Below, one piece after another: positions 18,907 through 28,171 of a DNA stretch of 64,000 nucleotides. Origin of the DNA: Candidatus Cloacimonadota bacterium. GTDB lineage: Bacteria > Cloacimonadota > Cloacimonadia > G963667145. Below the pieces are notes generated by a model. The model saw only the letters and a program-made list of their open reading frames with translations. It ran no database searches and was not told the origin of the DNA. The stretch covers positions 896,001 through 960,000 of the forward strand of contig OY762940.1 in assembly GCA_963667255.1 (NCBI GenBank). Direction: 5' to 3'. Position numbers and translations under genes: made by a program. Positions within the stretch are counted from its first letter, which is position 1, and the number at the start of each line of letters is the position of its first letter.

Positions 18907-19455
18907 ATGGAAGATATTTCTTTACATTTATTGGATATTTTACAAAATTCGGTTAGTGCTGGTGCGACTCTGATAACTTGTCGTTTCGTGAAGATTGCAG
19001 ACAGATTGCAATTGTCCATTGAGGATAATGGGCGAGGGATGGACGAAGAGACGGTGAATGCTGCGTTAGACCCTTTTTATACGAGCAAGAGTTTTCGCAA
19101 AAAGAAAATTGGTTTGGGTATTCCGCTATTTGCTCAGAGTGCCAAGTTGTCGGGTGGAGATTTCAGTTTGGAGTCGAAAGTTGGGCAAGGAACACGGATT
19201 AAAGCTGAATTTGTGGTTTCCAATATAGATGCTTTGCCTCTCGGGGATATTTCGCTATCTTTGGTAAACTGCATAGTTGCTCATCAAAGTGTTGATTTTG
19301 TTGTAGAGATTGTGTGTGATACGGAAGAGGAGTTTAGTTTGGATACACGGGAGATAAAGAAAGAGATGGAAGGAATTTCTTTGAATGAACCAGTAGTTAG
19401 AAAATACTTAGAAGAAGTAGTTAGTCAACAAGTATTGAAATTGGAGGATAGATGA
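18907..19455 (+). CDS. Stand-alone HATPase_c (histidine-kinase-like ATPase)
   Basis: LDILQNS, EDNGRGM, DPFYTSK, GLGIPL. Confidence 0.85.
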   Translation: MEDISLHLLDILQNSVSAGATLITCRFVKIADRLQLSIEDNGRGMDEETVNAALDPFYTSKSFRKKKIGLGIPLFAQSAKLSGGDFSLESKVGQGTRIKAEFVVSNIDALPLGDISLSLVNCIVAHQSVDFVVEIVCDTEEEFSLDTREIKKEMEGISLNEPVVRKYLEEVVSQQVLKLEDR

Positions 19456-19805
19456 AATCTTTGGCAGATTTAAGAAAATTGAAAGAAGAAGTTAAGAAGA
19501 AAATGAATTTGAGAGATTCTGATTATAAGTATAAAATAGTGGTGGGTATGGGGACATCGGGGATTGCGATGGGTGCCAGAGAAGTGATGAAAACTTTTTT
19601 GGATGAGATAAGTAAAAGAAGTATTAGTGGAGTCATTGTTACCCAGAGCGGAGAAAAGGGTGCTTCCAGTATGGAGCCGGTTGTGGATGTGATAGAGACT
19701 GAGGGGAAGACGGTTACTTATTGTCAGATGAATGCCGAGAAAGCGAGAAAAGTGGTTAATGAGCATATTGTGAATGGGACGATTGTTAACGAGTACTTAA
19801 TATAG
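19452..19805 (+). CDS. Thioredoxin-like ferredoxin (HydD/HndB-like) lacking the cluster cysteines
   Basis: VGMGTSGIAMGA...QSGEKGASSMEP...EHIVNG; located between the kinase and hydB. Confidence 0.75.
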   Translation: MKSLADLRKLKEEVKKKMNLRDSDYKYKIVVGMGTSGIAMGAREVMKTFLDEISKRSISGVIVTQSGEKGASSMEPVVDVIETEGKTVTYCQMNAEKARKVVNEHIVNGTIVNEYLI

Positions 19806-19816
19806 AGGATCGAGGT

Positions 19817-21640
19817 ATGTATAAAAGAGTCGATATCTTATTATGTTTTGGCTCGGGGTGTGTGTCAGCCGGAGCTCGAGGGATAAAAGAGGAACTTCAA
19901 CGCTTAGTTCGTGAAAATAAAATAGATAATGAAGTCAATATTATAGAGACGGGCTGTATGGGTCCGTGTGATTACGGTCCACTGATGCTGATATATCCCG
20001 AGGGAGTTTTTTACAAAAAGCTTACTCCGGAAGATATGAAAGAGGTAGTTGAGGAACATTTGATAAAAGGTAGGGTTGTTGAGCGACTCCTGATGCACGA
20101 TGATACTGTGGCTGATAGGGCTATCAGAAATGTGGAAGATGTGCCTTTTTACAAAAATCAAACGAAAGTTGCTTTGAAATATTGTGGCTACCTGAATCCT
20201 GAATCTTTGGAAGAGTATGTGGCGGTAGATGGATATTCCGCTTTGGGCAAGGTTTTGGAAGAGATGAAACCAGAAGATGTGATTAACGAAATTAAAATTT
20301 CCGGCATTCGTGGTCGTGGTGGAGGAGGATTTCCCACTCATCTCAAATGGAGTTTTGCCCGTTCCGCCAAAAGTGAAGATGGTGTAAAATACATGATTTG
20401 CAATGGCGACGAAGGTGACCCGGGAGCTTTTATGGACAGGTCGCTTTTGGAGGGAGACCCGCATAGAGTATTGGAAGGAATGATGATAGGGGCTTACGCT
20501 ATCGGAGCCAGCAAAGGTTATTTCTACATCAGAGCCGAATATCCGTTGGCTATCGAGAGGATAAAACTCGCTATCAGCAAAGCTCGAGAATACGGATTAA
20601 TTGGCGATAATATTTTGGGTAGTGACTTCTGTTTTGATGCTGAAGTGCGGACAGGTGCTGGAGCTTTTGTTTGTGGAGAGGAGACAGCTCTTATCTCATC
20701 TATCGAGGGCAAGAGAGGTCATCCGAAGCCGAAGCCACCGTTTCCTGCGAACAAAGGATTGTGGGACAAACCGAGCAATATAAACAATGTTGAGACTTTT
20801 GCTAATATTTCATCGATAATCTTGAATGGTGGACAGTGGTTTGCCTCTATGGGCACGGAGAAGAGCAAAGGGACAAAGGTGTTCGCTCTGACCGGAGATG
20901 TGAAAAATACCGGTTTGGTGGAAGTGCCGATGGGGATCACGATTGGAGAGTTGATAGACAATGTCGGTGGTGGTATCAGCAAAGGTAATTTCAAAGCCGT
21001 GCAACTTGGTGGTCCGTCCGGAGGATGCTTGACCAAAGAGCATTGGGATGTGCCGATTGATTACGATTCGCTCACTGCCAAAGGGGCAATGATGGGCTCT
21101 GGCGGTGTGATAGTGATGAACGACTCTAAATGTATGGTGAATGTGGCGAAATTCTTCTTGGAATTTTCTCTGGAGGAGTCTTGTGGCAAGTGCTCTCCGT
21201 GCAGAGTTGGGCTGAAGCATATGCACAATATTTTGGAGAAGATTACCAGCGGGCAAGGTTGTATGGAGGATTTGGATGAGCTGGAAAGTGTTGGCAAGTT
21301 GATAAAAGCGACTTCTTTGTGCGGACTGGGACAATCTGCACCAAATCCTGTTCTTTCTACAATGAAATATTTCCGAAACGAATACGAAGCACACATCAAG
21401 GATAAAAGGTGCGATGCTTTGGTTTGCACGGAGTTATTGCATTTCAATATTAACAAAGATAAATGTGTGGGATGTTCGTTGTGTGCCAAAAAATGTCCTG
21501 TTAATTGCATAAGCGGGTCAAGGGAAGAGAAATTTGACATTGCCCAAGATGCCTGTATCAAGTGTGGAAACTGCCATGATGTTTGTCCGGTAAAGGCTGT
21601 GGAAAAATTGGCTGGTAAGGTTGAGTGTGAGGAAGAGTAG
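19817..21640 (+). CDS. hydB: NuoF/HydB flavoprotein subunit, copy 1 (full length, C-terminal 2[4Fe-4S])
   Basis: C..SGC..GCMGPC; GRGGGGFPT; DEGDPGAFMDR; GAGAFVCGEE; GGPSGG; SCGKCSPCR; two C-terminal CxxCxxCxxxCP. Confidence 0.92.
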   Translation: MYKRVDILLCFGSGCVSAGARGIKEELQRLVRENKIDNEVNIIETGCMGPCDYGPLMLIYPEGVFYKKLTPEDMKEVVEEHLIKGRVVERLLMHDDTVADRAIRNVEDVPFYKNQTKVALKYCGYLNPESLEEYVAVDGYSALGKVLEEMKPEDVINEIKISGIRGRGGGGFPTHLKWSFARSAKSEDGVKYMICNGDEGDPGAFMDRSLLEGDPHRVLEGMMIGAYAIGASKGYFYIRAEYPLAIERIKLAISKAREYGLIGDNILGSDFCFDAEVRTGAGAFVCGEETALISSIEGKRGHPKPKPPFPANKGLWDKPSNINNVETFANISSIILNGGQWFASMGTEKSKGTKVFALTGDVKNTGLVEVPMGITIGELIDNVGGGISKGNFKAVQLGGPSGGCLTKEHWDVPIDYDSLTAKGAMMGSGGVIVMNDSKCMVNVAKFFLEFSLEESCGKCSPCRVGLKHMHNILEKITSGQGCMEDLDELESVGKLIKATSLCGLGQSAPNPVLSTMKYFRNEYEAHIKDKRCDALVCTELLHFNINKDKCVGCSLCAKKCPVNCISGSREEKFDIAQDACIKCGNCHDVCPVKAVEKLAGKVECEEE

Positions 21641-21666
21641 GGGATTAAAAAGAAAAGGAGATTATT

Positions 21667-22104
21667 TTGAGTATAATGAATAAATACTTGCCTGAAAAGG
21701 AAAATATTTTGGAAATTTTACATTTAGTTCAAAATGCAAATCCAAAAAACTTTTTGAGCAAAGAAGATTTAGCCGAAGTCGCCAACTATTTACATTTGCC
21801 TTATAATCAAGTTTATTCGGTGGCAAGCTTTTACTCGATGTTTTCATTAAAGCCACGGGGAAAATTTGTTATCAAGGTCTGCCAGTCTCCACATTGCGTA
21901 GTAAATGGTTCTGATAATCTTTTGGATTTTCTAAAGAAAAGGGTTAAAAAAAATCCTGAAATCTCGTTGGAAGAGTGTCAGTGTCTTGGTGTTTGTGGTA
22001 ATTCGCCAGTGGTTTTGGTAAATGACAAAATTTATGGTGATATGGATAAAGAGAAGTTGGAAAAACTTTTGAAAAATTTAGAAGGTGGTAAAAATGTTTT
22101 ATAG
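21667..22104 (+). CDS. NuoE/HydC-type [2Fe-2S] subunit, copy 2
   Basis: VASFYSMF, VCQSPHC, CLGVCGNSP. Confidence 0.85.
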   Translation: MSIMNKYLPEKENILEILHLVQNANPKNFLSKEDLAEVANYLHLPYNQVYSVASFYSMFSLKPRGKFVIKVCQSPHCVVNGSDNLLDFLKKRVKKNPEISLEECQCLGVCGNSPVVLVNDKIYGDMDKEKLEKLLKNLEGGKNVL

Positions 22105-23644
22105 AACACATCTTCTGTTTGTGAAGGACGATAACTCTATTGATAAGGGGTTGCAAGAAGTTTTAAGAGTTCTCAACGAAGAGTTGGTAAAATACGGATT
22201 GGAAAAGGAAATAGGTGTTTTGCAAACTGGTTCTCTCGGATATATTTCCAAAGGCGTTCACTTTGTCGTTTATCCTGATAATTTGCTTTATACCAAGATT
22301 ACTCAAGAAGACATTCCTTTGATAGTGCAGGAACATTTTTTGAAAGGGCGTCCGGTAAAGAGGCTTTGTGAGAGTGCCAAAAGAGATGTGGAATTTGCTT
22401 ATTCGGAAAGGATAGTTTTGAAAAATTCCGGCAAAATTGACCCTGAATCTATAGATGAATATATTGCTGTTGATGGTTATCAAGCTCTGGGCAAAGCTTT
22501 TGAAATGGGTAGAGAAGCTACTTTGCAGGAGATAAAGAAGTCTAATCTTCGTGGTCGCGGTGGAGCTGGGTTTCCCACTGGCATCAAGATGGAAATGACT
22601 GCAAATCAGAGTGAAAAGCAAAAGTATATTGTGGTGAATGCTGATGAGGGAGAGTCGGGAACTTTCAAAGACAGACTTATTATGGAAGGAGACCCGCATA
22701 AGCTCTTGGAAGGAATGGTGATAGCTGGTTTTGTGGTGAGGGCGGATACAGGCTATATCTATATTCGTGGAGAATATAGTCTTTGTGTGCAAAGGTTAAA
22801 AATCGCTATAGAACAAGCACATAATTATGGATTGTTGGGCAAAAATATCTTAGGTAGCGGTTTCGATTTTGATGTCATTATTAAGCTGGGTGCTGGCTCG
22901 TATGTGTGTGGAGAGGAGACCGCATTGCTAAACTCTCTGGAAGGAGGCAGAGGCAATCCTCGTTTTAAGCCACCTTACCCGGGGGAGAGAGGTCTTTGGA
23001 ACAAGCCAACTGTGATAAACAATGTTGAAACTTTGACAAATATACCGGCAATAGTGGAGAAAGGTGGAGAGTGGTTCGCAGGAATTGGGACACCAGAATC
23101 GTGCGGGACGAAAGTTTATACTATTTTGGGTGAAGTGAACAATCCGGGATTGATAGAAGTTCCTATGGGCACAACATTGAGGGAAATTATCTCCAAATAT
23201 GGAGGTGGACTGAAAGCGGATAAGAAGTTTAAAGCTGCTTTGGTGGGTGGAGCTGCCGGAATGTTTTTACCTGAGCGGTTATTAGACATCAAGATGGATT
23301 TTGAGAATTTGTCCAAAGAATCTGCTGTTTTGGGTTCAGGAGCTATTTTGATATTGAGTGAAGATGCTGACATACTCAGGATTTTGACTTCTATTTTGAA
23401 GTTTTTCTTGCATGAGTCTTGCGGTAAGTGCAGTGCATGCAGGATTGGCTATAAGATGTTGGTTACCTTGCTGGATAAGATAGTTTCTGGTGAAGGCAAA
23501 TCGGAAGACATTGATAAAATGGTTGAGATTGCCAATGTGATGAGAGTAACCTCATTCTGTGCTTTGGGTCAATCGTCGATTATGCCTATTGGCAGTATTA
23601 TCAAATATTTTAAGGGAGATTTTAAAAGGTTTACAGGAGAGTAA
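22094..23644 (+). CDS. NuoF/HydB flavoprotein subunit, copy 2 (short form)
   Basis: GRGGAGFPTG, DEGESGTFKDR, GAGSYVCGEE, SCGKCSAC..SFC; no N-terminal Cys ligands and no C-terminal ferredoxin domain. Confidence 0.9.
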   Translation: MFYRTHLLFVKDDNSIDKGLQEVLRVLNEELVKYGLEKEIGVLQTGSLGYISKGVHFVVYPDNLLYTKITQEDIPLIVQEHFLKGRPVKRLCESAKRDVEFAYSERIVLKNSGKIDPESIDEYIAVDGYQALGKAFEMGREATLQEIKKSNLRGRGGAGFPTGIKMEMTANQSEKQKYIVVNADEGESGTFKDRLIMEGDPHKLLEGMVIAGFVVRADTGYIYIRGEYSLCVQRLKIAIEQAHNYGLLGKNILGSGFDFDVIIKLGAGSYVCGEETALLNSLEGGRGNPRFKPPYPGERGLWNKPTVINNVETLTNIPAIVEKGGEWFAGIGTPESCGTKVYTILGEVNNPGLIEVPMGTTLREIISKYGGGLKADKKFKAALVGGAAGMFLPERLLDIKMDFENLSKESAVLGSGAILILSEDADILRILTSILKFFLHESCGKCSACRIGYKMLVTLLDKIVSGEGKSEDIDKMVEIANVMRVTSFCALGQSSIMPIGSIIKYFKGDFKRFTGE

Positions 23645-23645
23645 A

Positions 23646-25394
23646 ATGCAAATAACAATTAATGGGAAAAAAATAGAAGCGAAATCTGGACAAACCATCA
23701 TAGAGGTTGCCCGTGAAAATGGGGTCTATATTCCGAGTTTGTGCTATCACAAAGATTTGGTGCCTACCGGAAATTGCGGAGTTTGTGTTGTTAAAATCGA
23801 TGGTATGGGTCCGCTGAAAAGGGCGTGTGTAACTCCTGCCGAAGATGGAATGAGCATCACTACGGATTCTGTGGAACTCAGGAAAATCAGGCGAGAATTG
23901 CTGTCGCTTATCTTGTTGGCTCACGATGTCAAGTGTCCTACTTGCGACCAAAACGGCAAATGTGAATTGCAGGAACTTATCAACTATATGGATATCCCCG
24001 AGCCGAAATATGAGCCGATTTTTAAGAAGACTGCGATTGATAATTTCAGCCCTTCGATAGTGAAGGATACCAACAAGTGTATTCATTGCGGGAGATGTAT
24101 AGCCGTTTGCAACGATATTCAGGAAGTTCATGCACTCTGCGTAGAGGGTCGTGGATTTGAGAGCAAAGTTACTACAGCTTTTGGCGAGTCGCTTGCCAAT
24201 AGCCCGTGTGTGAATTGCGGTCAATGCACGGTTTATTGCCCTGTGGGAGCTCTGAAGGAAAAATCGCAAATCGAAGAGGTGCAAACTGCGTTATTTGACC
24301 CGAGCAAAATAGTGGTAGTGCAAGAAGCTCCGGCTGTCCGAGCGGCTCTCGGCGAAGAGTTCGGATTGGACCCCAAAGAGGTTACAACCGGCAAGATGTA
24401 TGCTGCTTTGCGTAGATTGGGTTTTGACAAGATTTTTGATACCAACTTTGCTGCCGACCTTACCATTATGGAAGAGGGTTCGGAGCTTATTCAGCGAGTG
24501 AAAGAGGGTGGCACTTTGCCCTTGATTACCTCCTGCTCTCCAGGTTGGGTTAAATTCGTGGAAACCTATTTTCCCGAGTTTCTGCCTAATGTCTCTTCTT
24601 GCAAGTCTCCTCAACAGATGTTTGGGGCGATGGTTAAGACCTATTTTGCCAAGCAGGAGACTATTGACCCAAAAGACATAGTCAGTGTGTCTGTTATGCC
24701 TTGCACAGCGAAAAAGTTTGAGGCTCAACGACCTGAGATGAACTCTTCGGGTTATCGTGATGTCGATTATGTCCTCACGGTCAGAGAGTTTATCAAGATG
24801 ATAAAGGGTGCAAAGATTGATTTTAAAAACTTGCCTGAAGAGCAAGCCGACCAATTGATGGGACAATACACAGGAGCTGGAACGATATTCGGGGCGACAG
24901 GGGGAGTGATGGAAGCTGCTATCCGCACCGCATACGCTTTACTCTCGGGTAAAGAGTTGGCGAACTTGGATGTTATCCCTGTCAGAGGTATGTCTGGCAT
25001 CAAAGAGGCGAGTTTGGATATCCCCCTGAAAGACAGTTCCGTTGTCTTGACTGTGAATGTTGCGGTTGCTCACGGACTTGGGAACGCCAAAAAGCTGTTG
25101 GAAGATGTTCGTGATGGCAAGAAGAGTTATCACTTTATCGAGATAATGGCTTGTCCGGGCGGATGTGTTGGTGGTGGCGGTCAGCCTTACGGTTCCGATT
25201 TGGCGGACAGAGCTCGTCGCGGAGAGTCTCTCTATAAGGAAGATAAAAATTGTGAGTTAAGGACTTCGCACACCAATCCGATGATTAAGAAAATTTATGC
25301 CGAATTTTTGGGTGAACCGCTCTCGCATACATCTCACAAGTATTTGCACACCGATTACAAAGAAAGAGACCAGCTAACTGGTAAACAAGATTAA
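23646..25394 (+). CDS. hydA: [FeFe]-hydrogenase catalytic subunit (group A, multimeric type)
   Basis: N-terminal [2Fe-2S], His-ligated [4Fe-4S] (HDVKCPTC), 2[4Fe-4S]; H-cluster motifs TSCSPGW, MPCTAKKFE, EIMACPGGCVGGGGQP. Confidence 0.96.
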   Translation: MQITINGKKIEAKSGQTIIEVARENGVYIPSLCYHKDLVPTGNCGVCVVKIDGMGPLKRACVTPAEDGMSITTDSVELRKIRRELLSLILLAHDVKCPTCDQNGKCELQELINYMDIPEPKYEPIFKKTAIDNFSPSIVKDTNKCIHCGRCIAVCNDIQEVHALCVEGRGFESKVTTAFGESLANSPCVNCGQCTVYCPVGALKEKSQIEEVQTALFDPSKIVVVQEAPAVRAALGEEFGLDPKEVTTGKMYAALRRLGFDKIFDTNFAADLTIMEEGSELIQRVKEGGTLPLITSCSPGWVKFVETYFPEFLPNVSSCKSPQQMFGAMVKTYFAKQETIDPKDIVSVSVMPCTAKKFEAQRPEMNSSGYRDVDYVLTVREFIKMIKGAKIDFKNLPEEQADQLMGQYTGAGTIFGATGGVMEAAIRTAYALLSGKELANLDVIPVRGMSGIKEASLDIPLKDSSVVLTVNVAVAHGLGNAKKLLEDVRDGKKSYHFIEIMACPGGCVGGGGQPYGSDLADRARRGESLYKEDKNCELRTSHTNPMIKKIYAEFLGEPLSHTSHKYLHTDYKERDQLTGKQD

Positions 25395-25408
25395 AATGAG
25401 ATTATTTC

Positions 25409-25443
25409 AAAGCACTTCCGCTAGAATGGTGGGAGTGCTTTTT
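25409..25443 (+). terminator. Intrinsic terminator ending the hydrogenase operon
   Basis: aaagcacttccgc...gtgggagtgcttt plus T run. Confidence 0.8.
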
Positions 25444-25459
25444 ATGAAAGTTGTTGAAA

Positions 25460-25516
25460 ATGAGACAAATAAAGGAGCTTAGAGATTTATTAGAATTGTT
25501 AGAAAAAAAGGGGTAA
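25460..25516 (+). pseudogene. Possible remnant of the hicA toxin C-terminus
   Basis: MRQIKELRDLLELLEKKG* ends 4 nt before hicB and resembles HicA C-terminal helices. Confidence 0.4.
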
Positions 25517-25520
25517 AAAA

Positions 25521-25841
25521 ATGTTAACATATAAAAATTATAAAGGTTATATTGATTACGATGAAGCTAATGCCGTTTTTTATGGTAGAGTGTTAGGCGT
25601 TAGTTCTATTTTGTGCTTTGAGGGAGCGACTTCTGTGGAATTGGAGCAAAGTTTTAAGGATGTTATAGATACCTATCTTGCCCATTGTGAAAAAACAGGT
25701 AAAAATCCTGACAGGTTTTACTCGGGGAAAACTTTGTTGAGAATGCCGCCTAATTTACATCGCAGATTGGCGGAAAAGGCTGAAATGAAACAAGAAAGTT
25801 TGAACTCTTTTTTGGTTGAAAGTTTGCAAAGTGTTTTGTGA
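25521..25841 (+). CDS. hicB: HicB-family antitoxin
   Basis: YKNY.G.I.YD....FYGRV.G..FEG....EL...F...ID.YL..C...GK.P..YSGK..LRMPP.LHR. Confidence 0.88.
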   Translation: MLTYKNYKGYIDYDEANAVFYGRVLGVSSILCFEGATSVELEQSFKDVIDTYLAHCEKTGKNPDRFYSGKTLLRMPPNLHRRLAEKAEMKQESLNSFLVESLQSVL

Positions 25842-26383
25842 TGGATAAAATGCGAATTTGTGTTTATTGTGCATCGGCGGATGCGATAGGCGACAGTTAT
25901 AAGAATGTAGCGAGAGAGTTGGGCAAGCTGATGGTGGAGCGAGGGCATAGCTTGGTGTATGGTGGAGGAAATGTAGGTTTGATGGGAGAGTTGGCTCGCA
26001 CGATAATGGAGAAAAGTGGTTACACATTGGGGGTCATTCCTCACAAATTGGAAGGTTTGGAGTTAGCTTACAAAGGTGCCAGCCAGATGATTTTCACGGA
26101 GAATATGCGTATTCGCAAGTCTGTGATGCAGGACAATGCTGACGGTTTTATTGCGTTGGCAGGCGGATATGGGACTCTGGAGGAGTTGCTGGAGATGATA
26201 ACGCTGAAAAAACTGGGCTATCACGACAAACCGATTGTTGTGCTGAACACGAACGGATTTTACGACAAGTTCATAGATTTTATAAACGAGACAATTGAAA
26301 AAGGGTTTTCCACTCCCGAGAAATTGTTTGCCGTCGTTGAAAATCCGCTTGATGCGTTGAAATTGTTAGAGGATTCTAACTGA
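25838..26383 (+). CDS. LOG-family nucleotide phosphoribohydrolase
   Basis: ICVYCAS, LVYGGG.VGLMG, M..RK..M, GGYGTLEE. Confidence 0.9.
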   Translation: MMDKMRICVYCASADAIGDSYKNVARELGKLMVERGHSLVYGGGNVGLMGELARTIMEKSGYTLGVIPHKLEGLELAYKGASQMIFTENMRIRKSVMQDNADGFIALAGGYGTLEELLEMITLKKLGYHDKPIVVLNTNGFYDKFIDFINETIEKGFSTPEKLFAVVENPLDALKLLEDSN

Positions 26384-27758
26384 TACTTTTAATCCAGTTT
26401 CTTCCCATTTCGATAGTTTTCAGCACAGTCTCAGGAGCTGGACCTCCGGGCAAATTCCGCTTACTTACGCAAGTTTCCAAGGAGATAGCTGGATAAATAT
26501 CGTCATCAAAGAGCGGAGAGAATTTCTTAAATTCTTCCAAACTAAGCTCTTCAATGGCAATTTTTTCGTTTAGGCAATGGTAAACAATCTGACCGACAAT
26601 ATGGTGAGCTTCACGGAAAGGCAGATTTTTTTTCGCCAAATAGTCGGCAACATCCGTAGCGTTGGTAAAACCTTTTTTGGCACCATTTCTCATAGTTTCG
26701 TCATTGATTTTCATCGTAGATAGCATCGGCGATAGTGTCAAAAGGCAACCTTTCAGCGTGTCCACCGTGTCAAAAAATCCCTCCTTATCTTCTTGCATAT
26801 CTTTGTTATACGCAAGCGGTAGAGACTTTAGAGTTGTGAGGATTCCGATGAGATTTCCGTAAACTCTCCCCGTTTTTCCTCGTATCAGTTCGGCAACATC
26901 GGGATTTTTTTTCTGTGGCATGATGCTTGAGCCTGTGGAGTAGGCATCGTCCAAAGTAACAAAAGAGAACTCGTCGCTCGACCACAAAATAATCTCTTCG
27001 CACAGTCTGGAGAAGTGCATCATCAAAATGGAAGCGGCAGCTTGAAACTCCACGATGTGGTCCCTGTCGCTCACTCCGTCCAGCGAGTTGTAGGTGATAT
27101 CGGCAAAATTCAGCTCGTCGGCGACCATTTGTCTATCGAGAGGGAAAGTTGTTGTGGCAAGTGCTCCCGAACCGAGAGGCGAGGAATCAGCTCTTTTGAT
27201 GCAATCGGAAAATCTCTCAAAATCGCGTTTGAACATAAAGAAATACGCCATAATGTGATGAGCGAAAGTTATTGGTTGTGCCTTTTGCAGATGAGTGTAG
27301 CCAGGCATAATGGTTTCTAAGTTGTTTTCCGCAAGTGTTAAAACTGCTTTTTGCAACTCAAGCAGTAAATTTTGCAAAACAGCGGTTTCTCTTTTCAAAT
27401 ACAATTTTATGTCCAAAGCGACTTGGTCGTTTCGCGACCTGCCTGTGTGGAGCTTTTTCCCGACTTCTCCGACTTTTTGGGTAAGCAGAGTTTCGATGTT
27501 CATATGGATGTCTTCTGCTCCCGAGTCAAAAACAACTTGTCCGTTTTCGATTTCAGTTTTCAGTTCTTGCAAACCCTTGATAAGCGTGTCAGCTTCTTGT
27601 GCCGAGATAACCCCTTGAGCACCAAGCATACGAGCGTGAGCGATAGAGCCTTGGATATCTTCGAGAAATAACCGCTGGTCAAAACTGATGGAAGAATGAA
27701 AATCTTCGACTAACTTATCCGTATTTTTCTGAAATCTGCCACCCCAAAGTTTACTCAT
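26376..27758 (-). CDS. argH: Argininosuccinate lyase
   Basis: LWGGRF, HTGRSRNDQ, MPGYTHLQ.AQP, GSSIMPQKKNPD, YNKDMQEDK. Confidence 0.98.
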   Translation of the reverse strand: MSKLWGGRFQKNTDKLVEDFHSSISFDQRLFLEDIQGSIAHARMLGAQGVISAQEADTLIKGLQELKTEIENGQVVFDSGAEDIHMNIETLLTQKVGEVGKKLHTGRSRNDQVALDIKLYLKRETAVLQNLLLELQKAVLTLAENNLETIMPGYTHLQKAQPITFAHHIMAYFFMFKRDFERFSDCIKRADSSPLGSGALATTTFPLDRQMVADELNFADITYNSLDGVSDRDHIVEFQAAASILMMHFSRLCEEIILWSSDEFSFVTLDDAYSTGSSIMPQKKNPDVAELIRGKTGRVYGNLIGILTTLKSLPLAYNKDMQEDKEGFFDTVDTLKGCLLTLSPMLSTMKINDETMRNGAKKGFTNATDVADYLAKKNLPFREAHHIVGQIVYHCLNEKIAIEELSLEEFKKFSPLFDDDIYPAISLETCVSKRNLPGGPAPETVLKTIEMGRNWIKSIS

Positions 27759-28171
27759 CTTCACCTCGTATAAATCAAAATTTTGATGATAAACCCTCAG
27801 AATTTGGCAGGAGTGTCAAGGATAAATAAATAGTGATAAAAATTGCTTGTCATATTAAAGCAGTAATTGAGTTTGAAATTTAAGGAAAGGAGGATGTCAA
27901 ATTGGGGAATTTATATAATGAAGACTTGTTAAAAAAAAGGATTGAAGAATTAGAAATTTTTTCTCCTAGGCTATCTTTTATATTCAAAAAATTGTATAAG
28001 TATGCTAAAAAGGATAATGGCATTAACCCAATATTAGATATAGGTTGCGGGAAAGGTCATGTTGTAGAGGAAATTGCTAATTATTTTAACAATAATATTG
28101 ATGCTATTGATATTGATTCCAATGAAATAGAAGAAGCTATGCAAAATAGTATGCATAAGAATATAAATTAT

